This document shows positions 1 to 12,363 of a stretch of 64,000 nucleotides of DNA, one piece after another. The translations under genes and the position numbers were made by a program. The stretch spans positions 24,189,971 through 24,253,970 of the forward strand of contig OZ316892.1 of NCBI GenBank assembly GCA_973895155.1, in the 5' to 3' direction. Below the pieces are notes generated by a model. The model ran no database searches and had not been told where the DNA came from. It saw only the letters and a list, made by a program, of their open reading frames with translations. The stretch's first letter is position 1. Each line of letters begins with the position of its first letter. The stretch comes from Marsupella aquatica (Eukaryota; Plantae; Marchantiophyta).

Positions 1-308
1 GCCGCATTCTCTCGACGGAGCATGACGTTTGTTCGTTTCAATAATTTCAATAGTTCTGTACCATATTTTGGGCGACGTGTGACAATGTAGTTGTTCGTTG
101 ATCGTCTTGCAAGACCTGCTCAAGTAGCTTCCGTGGAGGATTGCCTCATAGTAAAGCTGGAGTATCTTCTTGGAGGTGTGATTTCCAACCGATGTTGATT
201 GTCCGGGATTTGCTCTCTGTGCGCAGCGTTCCTGCTCAGTTGCTCGAGGCCGAGTATTTCACGGTAGATTACTGTCTCAATTAAGCTCGAGGGGAGGTCT
301 CTTCAAGC

Positions 309-2630
309 ATGGCTTACAGTTTGGGCGCCTTCTGTAGTGACGACGACAAGTACACGGACTATGAGGCTTGGTCGGATCCCTACTTTTGCTGTGAACAATT
401 CTTCACGAGCACTGCGGCGTTTGAGGTTCATAGAGCCAGGGTTCATGGACCTAGGATTCCCGTTGGTCGCAGTCATGTCCAAGTTAGAGGTCTTCCCAGA
501 GCTGGTTTGGGTACTGGTGGCGGTGGAGGTCCTAAACCTGTCCCTGGTCGTGGTGCCGGCGGTAGTGGAGGTGCTGTTGGGAAGAAGAAAAAAGGGAAAC
601 AGAGGAATACCCAAATTCCACCCCAAGCCCCAACTCAGTCTCCAATGTCTGAAGGCTTGGTTCTCGGGTCGTCATTCGAAATTATTGAGGAAGGGCATAC
701 CCAATGGGCTGCACCCCAACCCGAACGTCCACGTCCACCTCCAATGACTGCATCATCGGATGGTGCAGAACATTGGTTTCGCAGAGGGTCATTGTTATCT
801 GAGGATGTTTTTGACGGTGGATGTGAAGGTGCCGGGGTACGTGGAAGTGGCGGTCTCTTTGGCGGAGATGGTTTTGGAGGTGCTGGTGCTCCTCCTGCCC
901 CTGGTACTAGCGCGGGTTCCGGTGCTGTCGGTAATACTTCTGCTGGGAAGAACAAGAAAGCGAAGAAGAAAGGGAAAAAAAAAGGGAAAGGGAATGTTCC
1001 AGTTCAAGCCCCATCCCCTCCTTCAGTGCCTCACTTACCCGATTATGCCTCGCTTTTGGGATTGGCGTTCGAAGATCCTCTCGAGTGTTCTGAGGATGAA
1101 TATTCAGAGGAGGATTTCTTTGAGAGTGGACATGGACTTTATGATAGTAATTGCGAGGACTGTATGGATCGCATGAGGAATGATTACATGGAATCCTTTC
1201 ATTATATTCATTATGATGAATCTGATGAGGATTCTGATATTTGTGATGATGCCGTCGACAAGTACATGGTACATTGCATGCGTAGTTACTTGATACTGAA
1301 TGGTGCTAAATCGGCTAAACTGGCTAAATCCAGCTCGAAGAAGGGTACTCAGACTTCCGGTGGTGCTGACAATGAAACCTGCGGTAATTGCAAGCAGTCT
1401 TTCGGCCCCAAGCACGTCTACTTGCTACATATGGCCTACACTCATAATTTGTGTGGTGTTTGTGAGAGTACATCTCAGGAGGAGCAGAGGACTGGCGATT
1501 CACGATTTGAGAACGAAGACCACTACAAGTCTTCACCAAGCTGCCTCTATAATCTGAATTTTAAGCTTGGTAAAGTCCAAATCACGGAGGTGCCCGATTT
1601 CGAAGAGGACGAGAGAGATCAGTTCCTTTGTCTCACTTGTGGAGATGGTTCTGGCTCTCGATCTGCTTTGAATCGACATTACGCTACTGATCACACGAAG
1701 TGCTGGAGCTGCAAGATCCAGTTTGATACGCAGGATAATCTGTGTCACCACTTCAGGACCTCAAAGGTGCACTTCGGAAAGTATTGTTTGCCATGCGAGA
1801 TGGTCTTCTCGTCCAAGGGAGGCATGAGTGCGCACTGCACCGAGACCCATTCAGCAGGGCCGAACAAACAGGTTATTGGAGAGTTGTTTACCTGTGATGC
1901 GTGCACCAAGGTAGTGAGGTCTTTTCCAACGGAGGAGGAACTCGAGGCCCATCTTCAGTTCGAGCATATCAGGTGTTTCCCTTGCAAGCGAGAGTTTGGT
2001 CAAAAGAAATCCCTCGACAACCACCTCACGAATTCAAGCCAACACAATTTCTGTATCCAATGTGATTCGGACTTTACGTCCTCCATGTCTTTGCATCTGC
2101 ATGATTGTCATGGGAGGATTGCACGGAGGGACTTGCCGAAGAATGAAAGTGCTCCCGCAGCTCCCATACAAAATGGTTCTATTGACGACAGACAATTGGG
2201 GAGTTGTAAGGCCCAGAATCCTGTCAAACATCGCATTCTTGCTGTTTGTGAGGATTATAAGAATGAGGAAGATTTGAGCTGTTGCATATGTCATCACGAA
2301 TTTGACACCTTGGATGAGAGAAAGTGGCATGAATACGATAACCATCTATGGTGCACAAAGTGTGACAAGCAACTGGCATCGCGGAAGGCATTCATGCGTC
2401 ACCAGAGGACGGCTGACGGACATTGCATGTGCTTTGAATGTGGGGACCATTTCTTAACCTCTAAGAGTCTTGTACTGCATGAACAGGTTGCCAATCACGG
2501 ATTTCGAGCCGATAATGTCCCGAGTGACAAGTCGGTGAAGACGCGGAAGTTCGTGTGTGATGATTGTGATTACAAAGTTGTTTTCAAGACCGAGAAGGAG
2601 CTGGCGAGGCATCTAGACACCGAGCACTGA
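309..2630 (+). CDS. Intronless multi-C2H2 zinc-finger protein (773 aa, ~13 fingers, Gly/Lys-rich and acidic N-terminal half)
   Basis: Single long ATG-TGA ORF with repeated CxxC-x12-H-x4/6-H motifs (e.g. CFPCKREFGQKKSLDNHLTNSSQH), basic KKKKGK clusters (NLS-like) and a D/E-rich tract. Confidence 0.85.
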   Translation: MAYSLGAFCSDDDKYTDYEAWSDPYFCCEQFFTSTAAFEVHRARVHGPRIPVGRSHVQVRGLPRAGLGTGGGGGPKPVPGRGAGGSGGAVGKKKKGKQRNTQIPPQAPTQSPMSEGLVLGSSFEIIEEGHTQWAAPQPERPRPPPMTASSDGAEHWFRRGSLLSEDVFDGGCEGAGVRGSGGLFGGDGFGGAGAPPAPGTSAGSGAVGNTSAGKNKKAKKKGKKKGKGNVPVQAPSPPSVPHLPDYASLLGLAFEDPLECSEDEYSEEDFFESGHGLYDSNCEDCMDRMRNDYMESFHYIHYDESDEDSDICDDAVDKYMVHCMRSYLILNGAKSAKLAKSSSKKGTQTSGGADNETCGNCKQSFGPKHVYLLHMAYTHNLCGVCESTSQEEQRTGDSRFENEDHYKSSPSCLYNLNFKLGKVQITEVPDFEEDERDQFLCLTCGDGSGSRSALNRHYATDHTKCWSCKIQFDTQDNLCHHFRTSKVHFGKYCLPCEMVFSSKGGMSAHCTETHSAGPNKQVIGELFTCDACTKVVRSFPTEEELEAHLQFEHIRCFPCKREFGQKKSLDNHLTNSSQHNFCIQCDSDFTSSMSLHLHDCHGRIARRDLPKNESAPAAPIQNGSIDDRQLGSCKAQNPVKHRILAVCEDYKNEEDLSCCICHHEFDTLDERKWHEYDNHLWCTKCDKQLASRKAFMRHQRTADGHCMCFECGDHFLTSKSLVLHEQVANHGFRADNVPSDKSVKTRKFVCDDCDYKVVFKTEKELARHLDTEH

Positions 2631-3616
2631 CATGCTATCCGTATGCTACGTCTTGCACTCTTAACCTCTACCGGAATGTCCCCCCGCTCCCCAACAGTCA
2701 ATAGTCACAACTGCGAGATAAATAGGGAGTTTTCTACGAGCTTCAGATCCATTTCTTAGTGAAGGGGGCAGTCTCCATCCCTCGAGAATTTTGTGCTCTT
2801 GACTATTTCTCACTGTGAATCTGGGACCTGTTCGTCTCAGCTGCCAGGAGGGAGTAGCTTCGTTGTCCCCGGAAAGTAGCCACTAGGTTCTCGATGTCTG
2901 TCCATACCTTAGTGGGCTTAACTAATGGAACGAATTGGGACTGGTTCTCCCTTGTACAAATCAGTCAGTTGCTGGGTTACCCTGGTGGGTCTTACGGACG
3001 GTTCAGTGTCGACCGACGAAGAGTATGATGGAACTGGATTTGATCGTGCCGTTCGATGTCTCTCGGGGAGTCAGCTACTGTACTCTAGAAGCTCCGTACC
3101 CTGAACACTTCAACAAATTTTGAGATCCGGAAATTCCTGCATTTATGCTCAGTGAATTGATTCGTATATATACTTTTTGATAACCTAAACATTGAAGCTT
3201 CATTGTGAGCGTGAAGGGTTGAATAATTGGCTCAAGTATGATGTATTTTACTTCTTGGCTCCTTGCTGGTGCCCAGCCGAGCTTACCTATTGACTGCTGG
3301 ACGCGAAATGAATTGAACTCTAGGGTCGCCCTTTGTTCGTCTAGCACACAACATGAGCTCAATGCTGAGTTGCTCAACCACTATGATCTGGAAACAGGAA
3401 GAACGGCTTATCTGAAATCGGTCTAAGTGGTTCTCCGAGGCCAATTGCTGTATTTCAACCACACATGATCTTGTGACTGTTATCAGGCCCAAATGGATGG
3501 GAAGACTCCCCAAAGCTTGTAGCAATTGCAAAGTATTTTCATGATGATTAACTCAGAGCTATCGTCCTATACTGGTTCATTACAGGGCCTGACGTCCTTG
3601 CTAACGGTGACGTCTG

Positions 3617-3796
3617 TAATTGATACCTCCTTCCGAATGGCCGTGTTTAATGAAATACCCTTATCAATAGAAACCTGGTGAGCTACATCATTCGAATCTC
3701 ATTCTTCTAATTGATACCTCCTTCCGAATATTCGTGTTCGATAAAAGAACCTACTAGTAGGAGCCTGGAGACCTGAATCGCTCGAATCTCATTCTT
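3617..3796. repeat. Two-copy ~91-bp tandem duplication between the convergent ZnF and RSP4/6 genes
   Basis: taattgatacctccttccgaat at ~3618 and ~3708; cgaatctcattctt at ~3693 and ~3784. Confidence 0.7.
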
Positions 3797-4028
3797 TCAG
3801 GTTTCTACTTTTCGAACTAAATAGATTAGACTCTGGATCTTCATGCCTGAAAACTGACCAAGGATCATTCCCTTGCGTTGGAGAACTTGAAGCAATTCAA
3901 TCTTGTTCCTGCGTTGAGAGGGCATAGAGATGAAGTCCAAACAGAAAAATTCACTCACAATCTGGGGGCCAATTTGAGACTCAGCATCATGGGCGTTTCT
4001 AACCTGCAACAAATGTTTCGTATCCATG

Positions 4029-7000
4029 CTATTCTTCGTCCTCTGTAGCCTCAGTCTCCGCTTGTGATTCAGTATCCCCTTCAGTGCCCTCTTCCTCTTC
4101 TTTCTTTGGTTGTGGGGGCAGCTCTACACTCTCTTGGAGCTCCTTTTTGCTGTATTCCTTCATCAGTTTGGGTGGTAGTGGAGGTGGTTGAATGCTCTTT
4201 TTGACTCCCCACCCAAGGTAAATGTTACAAAATCCAGTGGGAGTTGCAACCGTGTATGCACCAGGCCAAACCAATGATCTCAAACAAATCACTTGGTTTT
4301 TGAATGATTTCATGCTTGAACTGAGACTGATGGACCAAGGTTTCAGTCCTTCAGAGATTTCCTTATCTTGGTCAACTGATCTCAAGGCTTCTGGGATTTC
4401 CTCAGGCTCCTCTTCTCCAGGCTTTGCTTCATCTTCATCACCTTCCTTCTCCTCTCCTTCCTCACCCTCTTCGCCCTCCTCGGTCTCCTCCTCTTCTGCC
4501 GGCTCCTCTTCCTCCTCTTCTTGTGTTTCCTCCCCTTCTTCCCCTTCTGGAATTTCAAATTCAGTGCATCTTCCTTCCTTTCTTATGTGAGGGCTCTTAT
4601 GTACCCATGACTCCAATGTGGCAAGCTCTTCATCCGGAGGCCGTGTCCACTCCTCACTTTTGGCCATATCTCCCCCACCTTCTTCATCTCCACCGCCTCC
4701 CTGCAGAATGTAATTATTTAGCCAAGAGGTGAAAATGAAAATAAACATGCTAAGGATGAGCAAAACTAGGGGATGACTATACCTTCAGCTTATGTACACG
4801 GTAAAGCCCCGCCCTTGCGGATCGGGCTGTTTAAAGGCCAAAGTCTTGACTGGGGCAGAGTGTAGAGTAATCCCTTGGCTTGGGAGGGGGGCTTGTGGGC
4901 CCTAATCCCTGACGGTGGTCTCAGGGGGGTACAGCCATGGTGGATAAAAAATGGGGGGATTTAGTGTAGGGTAATCAATGGCTTGGGAGGAGCTTATGGG
5001 CTGTAATTCCTGAGGGCGGTGAGGCTGCTACAGTCATGGTGCCTGAACTAGGCCATGGGTTAGACATTCTTCTTTTACATAAATTTTTGAAAATCTGAGA
5101 CTCAGCAAGATTGGCTGGGGATTATGAGACTTGGAACCCCTAGGCCAGGCTGGCAAGGGGGTAGGTCCCCACTCGTAAACCCCTTGCAACTACAAAGGAA
5201 AAAAGTGAGGAGGGGTTTACTGCTATGTAAACAACAATAAAATTGTTCCATGAGACCCACTTTTCTTTGACCCTCACTGTGTTGGAAAACAGGGCTATCT
5301 GTGAAAGAGAGACCGGCTTTTAACCTCCCCAAATATTTACTTCCCGCGGCGGCAATTGTGCTATGCTCAGCCAGTCTGGACAGTGGCTTGCAGCCATTCC
5401 ATACCCACAGGGGAGTGTGTTACAAGTATAAGCATGGACTGAAATACAAAGGAAACATTTTGATTAACGTCTACTATTTTAAAAACTACAGAAGCAACAC
5501 ATGATTGAATGCCATGTGTATCTTGGTAATACAGTAATACCAAAATAAGGCACCTGAGTAACAATTGAAATATGTAAATGTTTGCACTCATTGCTACGTT
5601 GTGAACAGTGCAAGCAGACATAGGAATTCATTAAAAGATGTATTTGGTGCCTGCAATTAGTAGAGACTTCATTTAGGAGAATTCTTAATGTTCAAAATTG
5701 AGAGGATGCGCTTTACACCACATTCCAATTTCATGAACCAACAAGTGAAATGTTACCGAGAAATATCCATTAGGAGCAAGTTGTGTGGCAGCAGCAATTC
5801 TTGCAATCTGTGCACGAAGAAAGTTTTCTTCGAGACCTGGGAATGGTGGATAAGCTGAAACTTCAGCCTGCACATTGAATGGACTGAAATATTATCAATC
5901 CATGATGCTTCCAACAAACCATTGCTAGATAATCAGAGTATGTTAAACTTTCACTCCAACTATTAGTTCAGTTGCTTGTTTCTTCACGTTTATTCATAAC
6001 ATCTTTACTTGTTGTGTTCTCATTCATCTGTTTTTGGGGAACAAAATTGTGGATGGAGTATCACATTTTTACTTAAATGATAGATTTTCTTTCTAGCAAT
6101 TCAGATTTTTTGGTGTCAAACTCGTTTGGCCCATCCAGGTCCTTTGATCACACTTGATTGTCCATCTTGGCGCTGGATTTTCTTAGGGTTTTGTGTGATT
6201 TCAGGGACTGCTTTCTCCTTCACAAACTCAGTATCCTAGATTTAGATTTACATAAATTTTTAGACATAAACATTCAGTAACTACCATAGACGTGGGTGCA
6301 TATCATGTTTCTAAACCAAATATTCAAAAACTGAATTAAGATCACTTTTGGTTTGTAAGAAATTGTCAATGCATGTGTCACAATTCTTTCTAGGTGGAGC
6401 AGGAAGGGTAAAATATTACATCCAACTTGCCAGTTAAATATTTCTTCAGAGATCTTGCCATTCGAATTTGCAAGGGTGTTACATCAGGCAATCGACGGCA
6501 CTTTTCACTTAGCTTGTTGCAAGCCCAATACACATTAAGGTTAGTGCCAACTTTCTCTTCCAGAGGTATTTTGTCCTTGAGACTTTGCCAAAAGAACTTG
6601 GGCTCAACTGGCTCCTTCTCTTTGGCTTCCTCACCTTCAGGTGTGCTTTCTTCGTCTCCTTCACCCTCCACATCCTTTACTGTGCTTTCAAAAACATAAT
6701 AGTTGCTGCAAAACATGTCCATGGAACCTGATTTAACAAGCATTATTTTGTTATTCATGTTGAATTACCAAACGACTATCCTAGTGCTAGACAATCTTCA
6801 TGAGGTGGCTTTACAAGCATTGGGGGCCCATTGGTCTATCTATTTTCTCTGTGATTAAACATGAACAGTATAATGAGTTGGAAAGGCTGCAATTGGCTTT
6901 ACAAGACTTTGGGGCCCCATTGAGGTACTGATTACTGAGCCTACATGGCAAGCAGTGAGCGCACCTAAATGCTTACCAGGAGTGTTTATTTTGTCTGGAA

Positions 7001-9183
7001 TTGTAGGCCACCTTGTTCCAACCATTTCCAAACTTTGGTGGTTCAAGGGATTTGCATTTATTGAACCTCATTTCAAGATTATTGTGGCTTGGAGTCTATT
7101 TTTAGAACAAGAAGTGACCCTGCACTTGCTTTGGTGAAAACAGATGTACAAGTGACCCCACTTCTTGTAAAGCCACTCTTAGATCCAGTTGCTTTACAAG
7201 ATTCCAAATCCAAGAATTTGCATTTCAAACCACCCAAAGTTCTTCCAAGGAAAGTACCCAAAGTCTATTTGGATTTGTTTTTGTTTTATGGAAGGTGGAA
7301 GGTGTAATTTACATTTCAATTTACCCAAAGTCTTCTTGGGCTTTCCTTGCTGTGTCTAGGATGAGGTTTCCGGTTTCCTTCTACAAACAAAAACCCCAAA
7401 AAGACTTTGGGTAGTTTGAAATGTGCTTCAAAATCTGTTTCGCGAGAGATCCTTCAGGTGGGGAAGATTGGCCTTGCCTTTGAGTTCCGAAGAATTTGCC
7501 AAAAAATCTGACAGTTGACACTCCCAGTTTGGGATCATCGCCGAGTTTCTTGAGAGCCAACATGATCAAATAAGTCTCAGCACGACCCAATCCCACACCC
7601 GCAGCCTCAAGGAAAGCACTGTCGCCAAAAAGGTTCTCAGCTTCAAACTCATTCTGGGGCTCTTCTTCTTCTTCGCCAGCCTCGGTTTCAGCCTCAGCCG
7701 CCTCAGAGCCGTCTTCAGTCTCTGCATCTTCATCTACCTTTTTCTCCTTCTTTTCAGGTGGTTTCTCCTCTTCTGGAGGCAACTCCTTTGTACTGCACAT
7801 GGTCCAACAGCTCCAATTGACCACTTAGAGAGGCACATTACTACGGTTTCCGCTACAGTACAAGTATATTCTCCTCCTAAGCAGAATTGGCAACATTAGT
7901 CAAATCTGGGACCTGTGCAATTATTGTTATCAACTTGAGTGACTGAATGACGTGATGTTTATCAGGTGGCTTTGGTTACTCTTGTCTAAATTAAAGCTAT
8001 CCCTTCAAGGTTGCTTGGGTTTTAACAGATCCATATATTGGATCTGCTATACTAGTGCGCTGCTCTGCAGTGTTTCTTCAAGATCCATACATTTGACCTG
8101 CAATGTTAGTGAGCATCTAGAGCTGTATGTCTGTCTAGAGTACGAACTGTAACATTTATGTTTTGCTCTGTTCACCCCATTTGTGCTTCGTTTCTGATAG
8201 AGAATTTAAGGATAAACCCCATCGATACGGATTCGACCAATTTGAATCGTATTTCTTCCTTCGACTGTCTACGTTTCTCATCAACTTGGATTCAGTTGAG
8301 CAGACGCCTTTGGAATTTTAGAGCGGATGCCGAACTCTTGAAAAGGTTTGCCAAGGATCTGAACGGCCAGTACCTTTGTACCCAGCGATGGGATTAATCA
8401 TTTGTGAAACTCTTGTGCTGCAAATGGATCCGATATCTTGCAAATTATTCAAACGTATCATCAACTCCTACTCAATATAGTATCAAAATGGAGGAACCAT
8501 TTCTCACTTAATTGGATAAATCAAGAAGCTGTTATTCCTGGTCAGAAGGCTAACTGCTCACGGACTCATTTGATTTCTAGAATTGCATTTCACCAATGCC
8601 AGGACATAGGGTTAATACCACCATAACTAGAACGTATTTACAAACGTGTATGTGGAAAGGTTTGAGGAACTCACCTAAACAATTCCAAAAATGCAACGAT
8701 TGAATCTACATCCTTAGGATCACGGCCCTCACGGAGAGGCTTATCTCCTTCAGTTGAAAGATATCTTGTCGACTTGAGAAGAAAGCTTGTTTCCAGAATG
8801 TCAACTGCATTGTTGGGCTTCGATGCTAGCACCTAGTAACAAGGAATAATTGTTTGAATCCTGAAGTCATAGGCAGGTGTGGATAACTTTGATGCATCTC
8901 AGATTTTCAATTGAAGTTACATTCATTTTCTATCCAGTGCAACTAGTCGTTCTTTGTTACGTAACTGGAAGTCCACATGTTCAACCAGCAACAAAGATCC
9001 TTAATTCAAGTATTTTCAGCTCCTTTTTGCCGTTGGAAACTTCAAATCCAGTTTTCATTCGCTTTTCGGAAAAAGTGTGCGTACATGGCGCAAGAGTTCA
9101 GAAAGATGTGTAAAAACTGTGTCTCCAGTAGTTGTGCTCGATTGCTTCAAAAACGTCAAGGCTTCTTCCGTTGACAACGTCAT
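4029..9183 (-). CDS. RSP4/6: Flagellar radial spoke head protein RSP4/6 family (RSPH4A/6A-like), 6 exons, ~546 aa
   Basis: Exons 9183-9085, 8832-8675, 7792-7478, 6705-6420, 5867-5757 and 4700-4029 join in frame (1641 nt). Family motifs: [90 protein letters not shown]; acidic low-complexity insertions. Confidence 0.92.
4800..5200. repeat. Dispersed repeat fragment (with internal ~105-bp duplication) in the last RSP4/6 intron; inverted relative at ~55990-56245
   Basis: agtgtag(a/g)gtaatc...ggcttgggagg...gctt(g/a)tggg occurs at ~4858 and ~4963. Its reverse complement (gggattacatcccatgacctcctcttggg...ttaccctacact) occurs near 56195-56243, and ggccaggct (5143) matches agcctggcc (56018). Confidence 0.5.
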
Positions 9184-10149
9184 CTTTCCAGGCACTTAGT
9201 TTACGACCTGGAGACGAATTTTGATCTGCCAACATTTCAACACAAAGAAGATTCGTGTGAAATTCAAACTTTCCGAGAGCCAAAGTAATTAGACTGCACG
9301 CCTGACATCTTTGCCCATATCCTTCCAAACGATGGATGTAAGGGAAAATGGTATCTCCTAGTACCATAATGTAATGCCCAGATGAAACTCAAAATCGAAG
9401 TTGCATCCAAACACACCTTAAATAATGAAGTGATGGAGGTACATGTAGGCAATTGAAAAATCCAACGATGAGAAGCTATAGACAATCAATTATCAGCTTC
9501 ATTTTCTTCCCTTGCTCACTATAAATCCCAAACAAATACACTCCGCCTTGTCCAATGTTGTTGTCCAATGCGAGCAAGGGTACATCACGAAATATGAACT
9601 TTGAGAGCTTTCCCAATTTGATACCTTCACTTATGCACTCTCCTTTGTCAAACCTCTCGTTAAAGGATAAGGAACCTTAAGCTTCCTTATCCTTTAAAAT
9701 CTGCCCTAGACTTCATAAGATTTTCAGGAGGACGACAATTGGATAAGCAGTCTTAGACCGCATCCACGTCCTTGTTGTCGCCCTTTAATTAAATTTTCTT
9801 CCCTCAGCTGTCCTCAGCTGAATGGTAACAATGGATATGACCTTCTAGCCTCCAAACAACAGCTAATTGATGGATTGCTTAATCATCATACACATTTCTG
9901 CGTGGCTTCTAAACGAAGCTGAGCCAAACATCAAACGACAAAATGAAAGTGGAATTTTCTAGCACCAAGAAAGTGAATTTGGGAGGAGAATGCTAGCACC
10001 ATTATGCTGCTTATCTTCAAACACTCAGGTGACTCTGCGTAGGACGAAATGAATTCTTTTGCACAATGAGCTATTTGCATGTTCAAATTAACTTCTTAGA
10101 GGGGCTCATTGAATTGTTGTGGATGTACAAGCTCCTCTATCATTGGAGG

Positions 10150-11831
10150 GTGCCGTTGTGACCATTTTAAGGGTTTAGGACCAGCAATGGCTAACCAGGG
10201 TGATGGTGCCTTGTCTTGAAAGGTCTTCGTTATCACGACTGCTGTTCAGCTTCTTTACAGATTGCGTACTCGTACATAAATCCCTTTGATGAGGAGCTCG
10301 TAACTTTAGTGTGGTTCCTCCTAAATGAAACCTCTGTGAAGCGCCATCATTGCCTTGGATATCCATCACAACCTAGATTGAAACACCTTCATGTTAGTTC
10401 AAGCTTGAACACGACATTGCCTTCTCTCGTTCTCCTAAAAGCGTGGCAACTTGGCGTTCTAGTTCTCTTCGTGGGCCCTAAGATCGTTCACCCACACGCT
10501 TCAATTTGTTCTCTCCACAGAAAGATTGTGAGAAAATCGCAACCGCAAGTAACTTGATCCCAGAGACTTCTGCATCCTCAACGTTGTCAAACAATCTGAG
10601 GTGCAAATGAGCCAGCAAGAAGTTGTTGGATTTCCCGGATGAAACCCTAATACTATTCTCTGCAGTAGGGTTTTGTCTAAGGAGGAGCAACAGGGTCTTT
10701 GCAATAGAAACAACCCATGATGATCCCAGAAAGTCTATGAATCCAATCACAATTAGACAAAGTGTGTTTACGTGCAGCATTTGCATAAAACTGTGCTCAA
10801 TATGATAGCTCCATTCTCAGGTATGAACAACAACAAAAGTCTGAAGGTGTAGTCCCAGCTGTGTTGATAAGTACACACTGGAACTTTTGATGAAGGTTAG
10901 AGAGAATATTGTCTGCTGCCACGAATTGCCTGCCACCGGCCGCCATCACTTCAATGATGACAGTCAGGCAGTCATCAAAATACTGGCCAATGATTGTGCC
11001 GATGCCCAGAGTACCAGTCCTTTGTCCTGGGAATGCTAGTTTGTAGTCAACTTCAACCAAAGGAGCCTGACTAAAGTTTCACAAACCGGGGTGTTATAAA
11101 CTGAAAGTTGTCATTCGCTAGCCATTTTATGCCACTAGGCTACTGCATCTTGAACCATCCTTCGAGCACGCGCATGACATCAAGCGCCAGTTTGAAGTGT
11201 AATCACTCTGGAATCGTATCGGAAATTGCTTCGTAAGAAAGAGCGTGATCATGACATTCAGTCATTTCATTTTGTGTCTTGCCCGGCCTCAAGATTCAAG
11301 ACTTTACTCATGCAAGTGACATACTCAGCACTCTCAGAGCGTGTCTTTCCCCCAAAAACTGTGATAGACATGGCCAGGCAGCTCACATACATTGTAGCCA
11401 CGTGTAGGGTTCAAGACAAGGGACGGTGGGTGATGGTGTCCACGAAGACATCCTACACTTGCTGCCCCTAGGAAAGCTCCAAAGTAAAGAAAACTAAGCC
11501 TTCGAATGCGGGTCTTGAGCTGGGCTGGGGGACTCTTACGACCAGTAAACTTTGTAAAAATAACTTTTAACTTGAACAGCTTGAGACAGCCTCTCCACCT
11601 ATCCGCATCGACAGTTACATCTGTTTCAGGATGATGTCCTATTCCACGTCTTTTGCTTCCAATCTTCTTGGGCAAATAATCCCCGTGAAAACAATCGAGA
11701 TAACTCACCCTGTCAAGAATCTCAAGTTTCTGGGCTGGATTCTGCTCCGAAGGAGCGGTAATTAAAAATTGGGGCCCGACTTTGGGTCTTAACTTAAGAA
11801 GTTCAAAAAATGGACCCTTTGCTCCCGTCAT
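10150..11831 (-). pseudogene. Possible decayed coding sequence of unknown family
   Basis: Chain of minus-strand ORFs (11334-11831, 10797-11060, 10478-10786) with protein-like composition, and an internally repeated segment (caccatcaccc...aaccct) at ~11440 and ~10205. No family recognised. Confidence 0.25.
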
Positions 11832-12363
11832 TTCTCTATTGTTTTTTGGGTCTCCCTACACCAACTTAACAACCCCTGCATCTTGGCAACGAGGTCAGAA
11901 GAGTATAGATAGATTGAATGACATAAGATTTACATACTTAACACACATAAGTGTAGTAAGGGTTCAATCCTGAGCAAGGTATCAATGCTGAAGTGGAAGC
12001 AAAACCACTCTGCCCGCAAAGAAACCCACAAAGAAAGTGATTAACCTAGAAGCAGATTTGCTCATATCCATGATTTCAGTCCCGTCTGTTTGTCCATCTC
12101 TATCTGCTGATCAATGATCTCATGGCACAACTTTGAACACCCGAGTCCAGTGAATATGATTCCAGGAACTCAGAAATGTGTAAAAAAAAAATTCAAAGGG
12201 CTGTAAATCATCAATCCCATCCCTTCACAAATAAACTCTGACCCAAGGAATAAACGGATGAATCGTTCAAAGAATGAATAAATAAGTATCTCATAATGTC
12301 CCCATTGGGCCACGGGACGAACAGCGTATACGACTATCCAGAGTCCTGAGTCGAGATCATGCA

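Noticed and set aside
4222-4732. Ser/Pro-rich plus-strand ORFs
   Set aside because: Antisense shadows of the Glu-rich last exon of RSP4/6.
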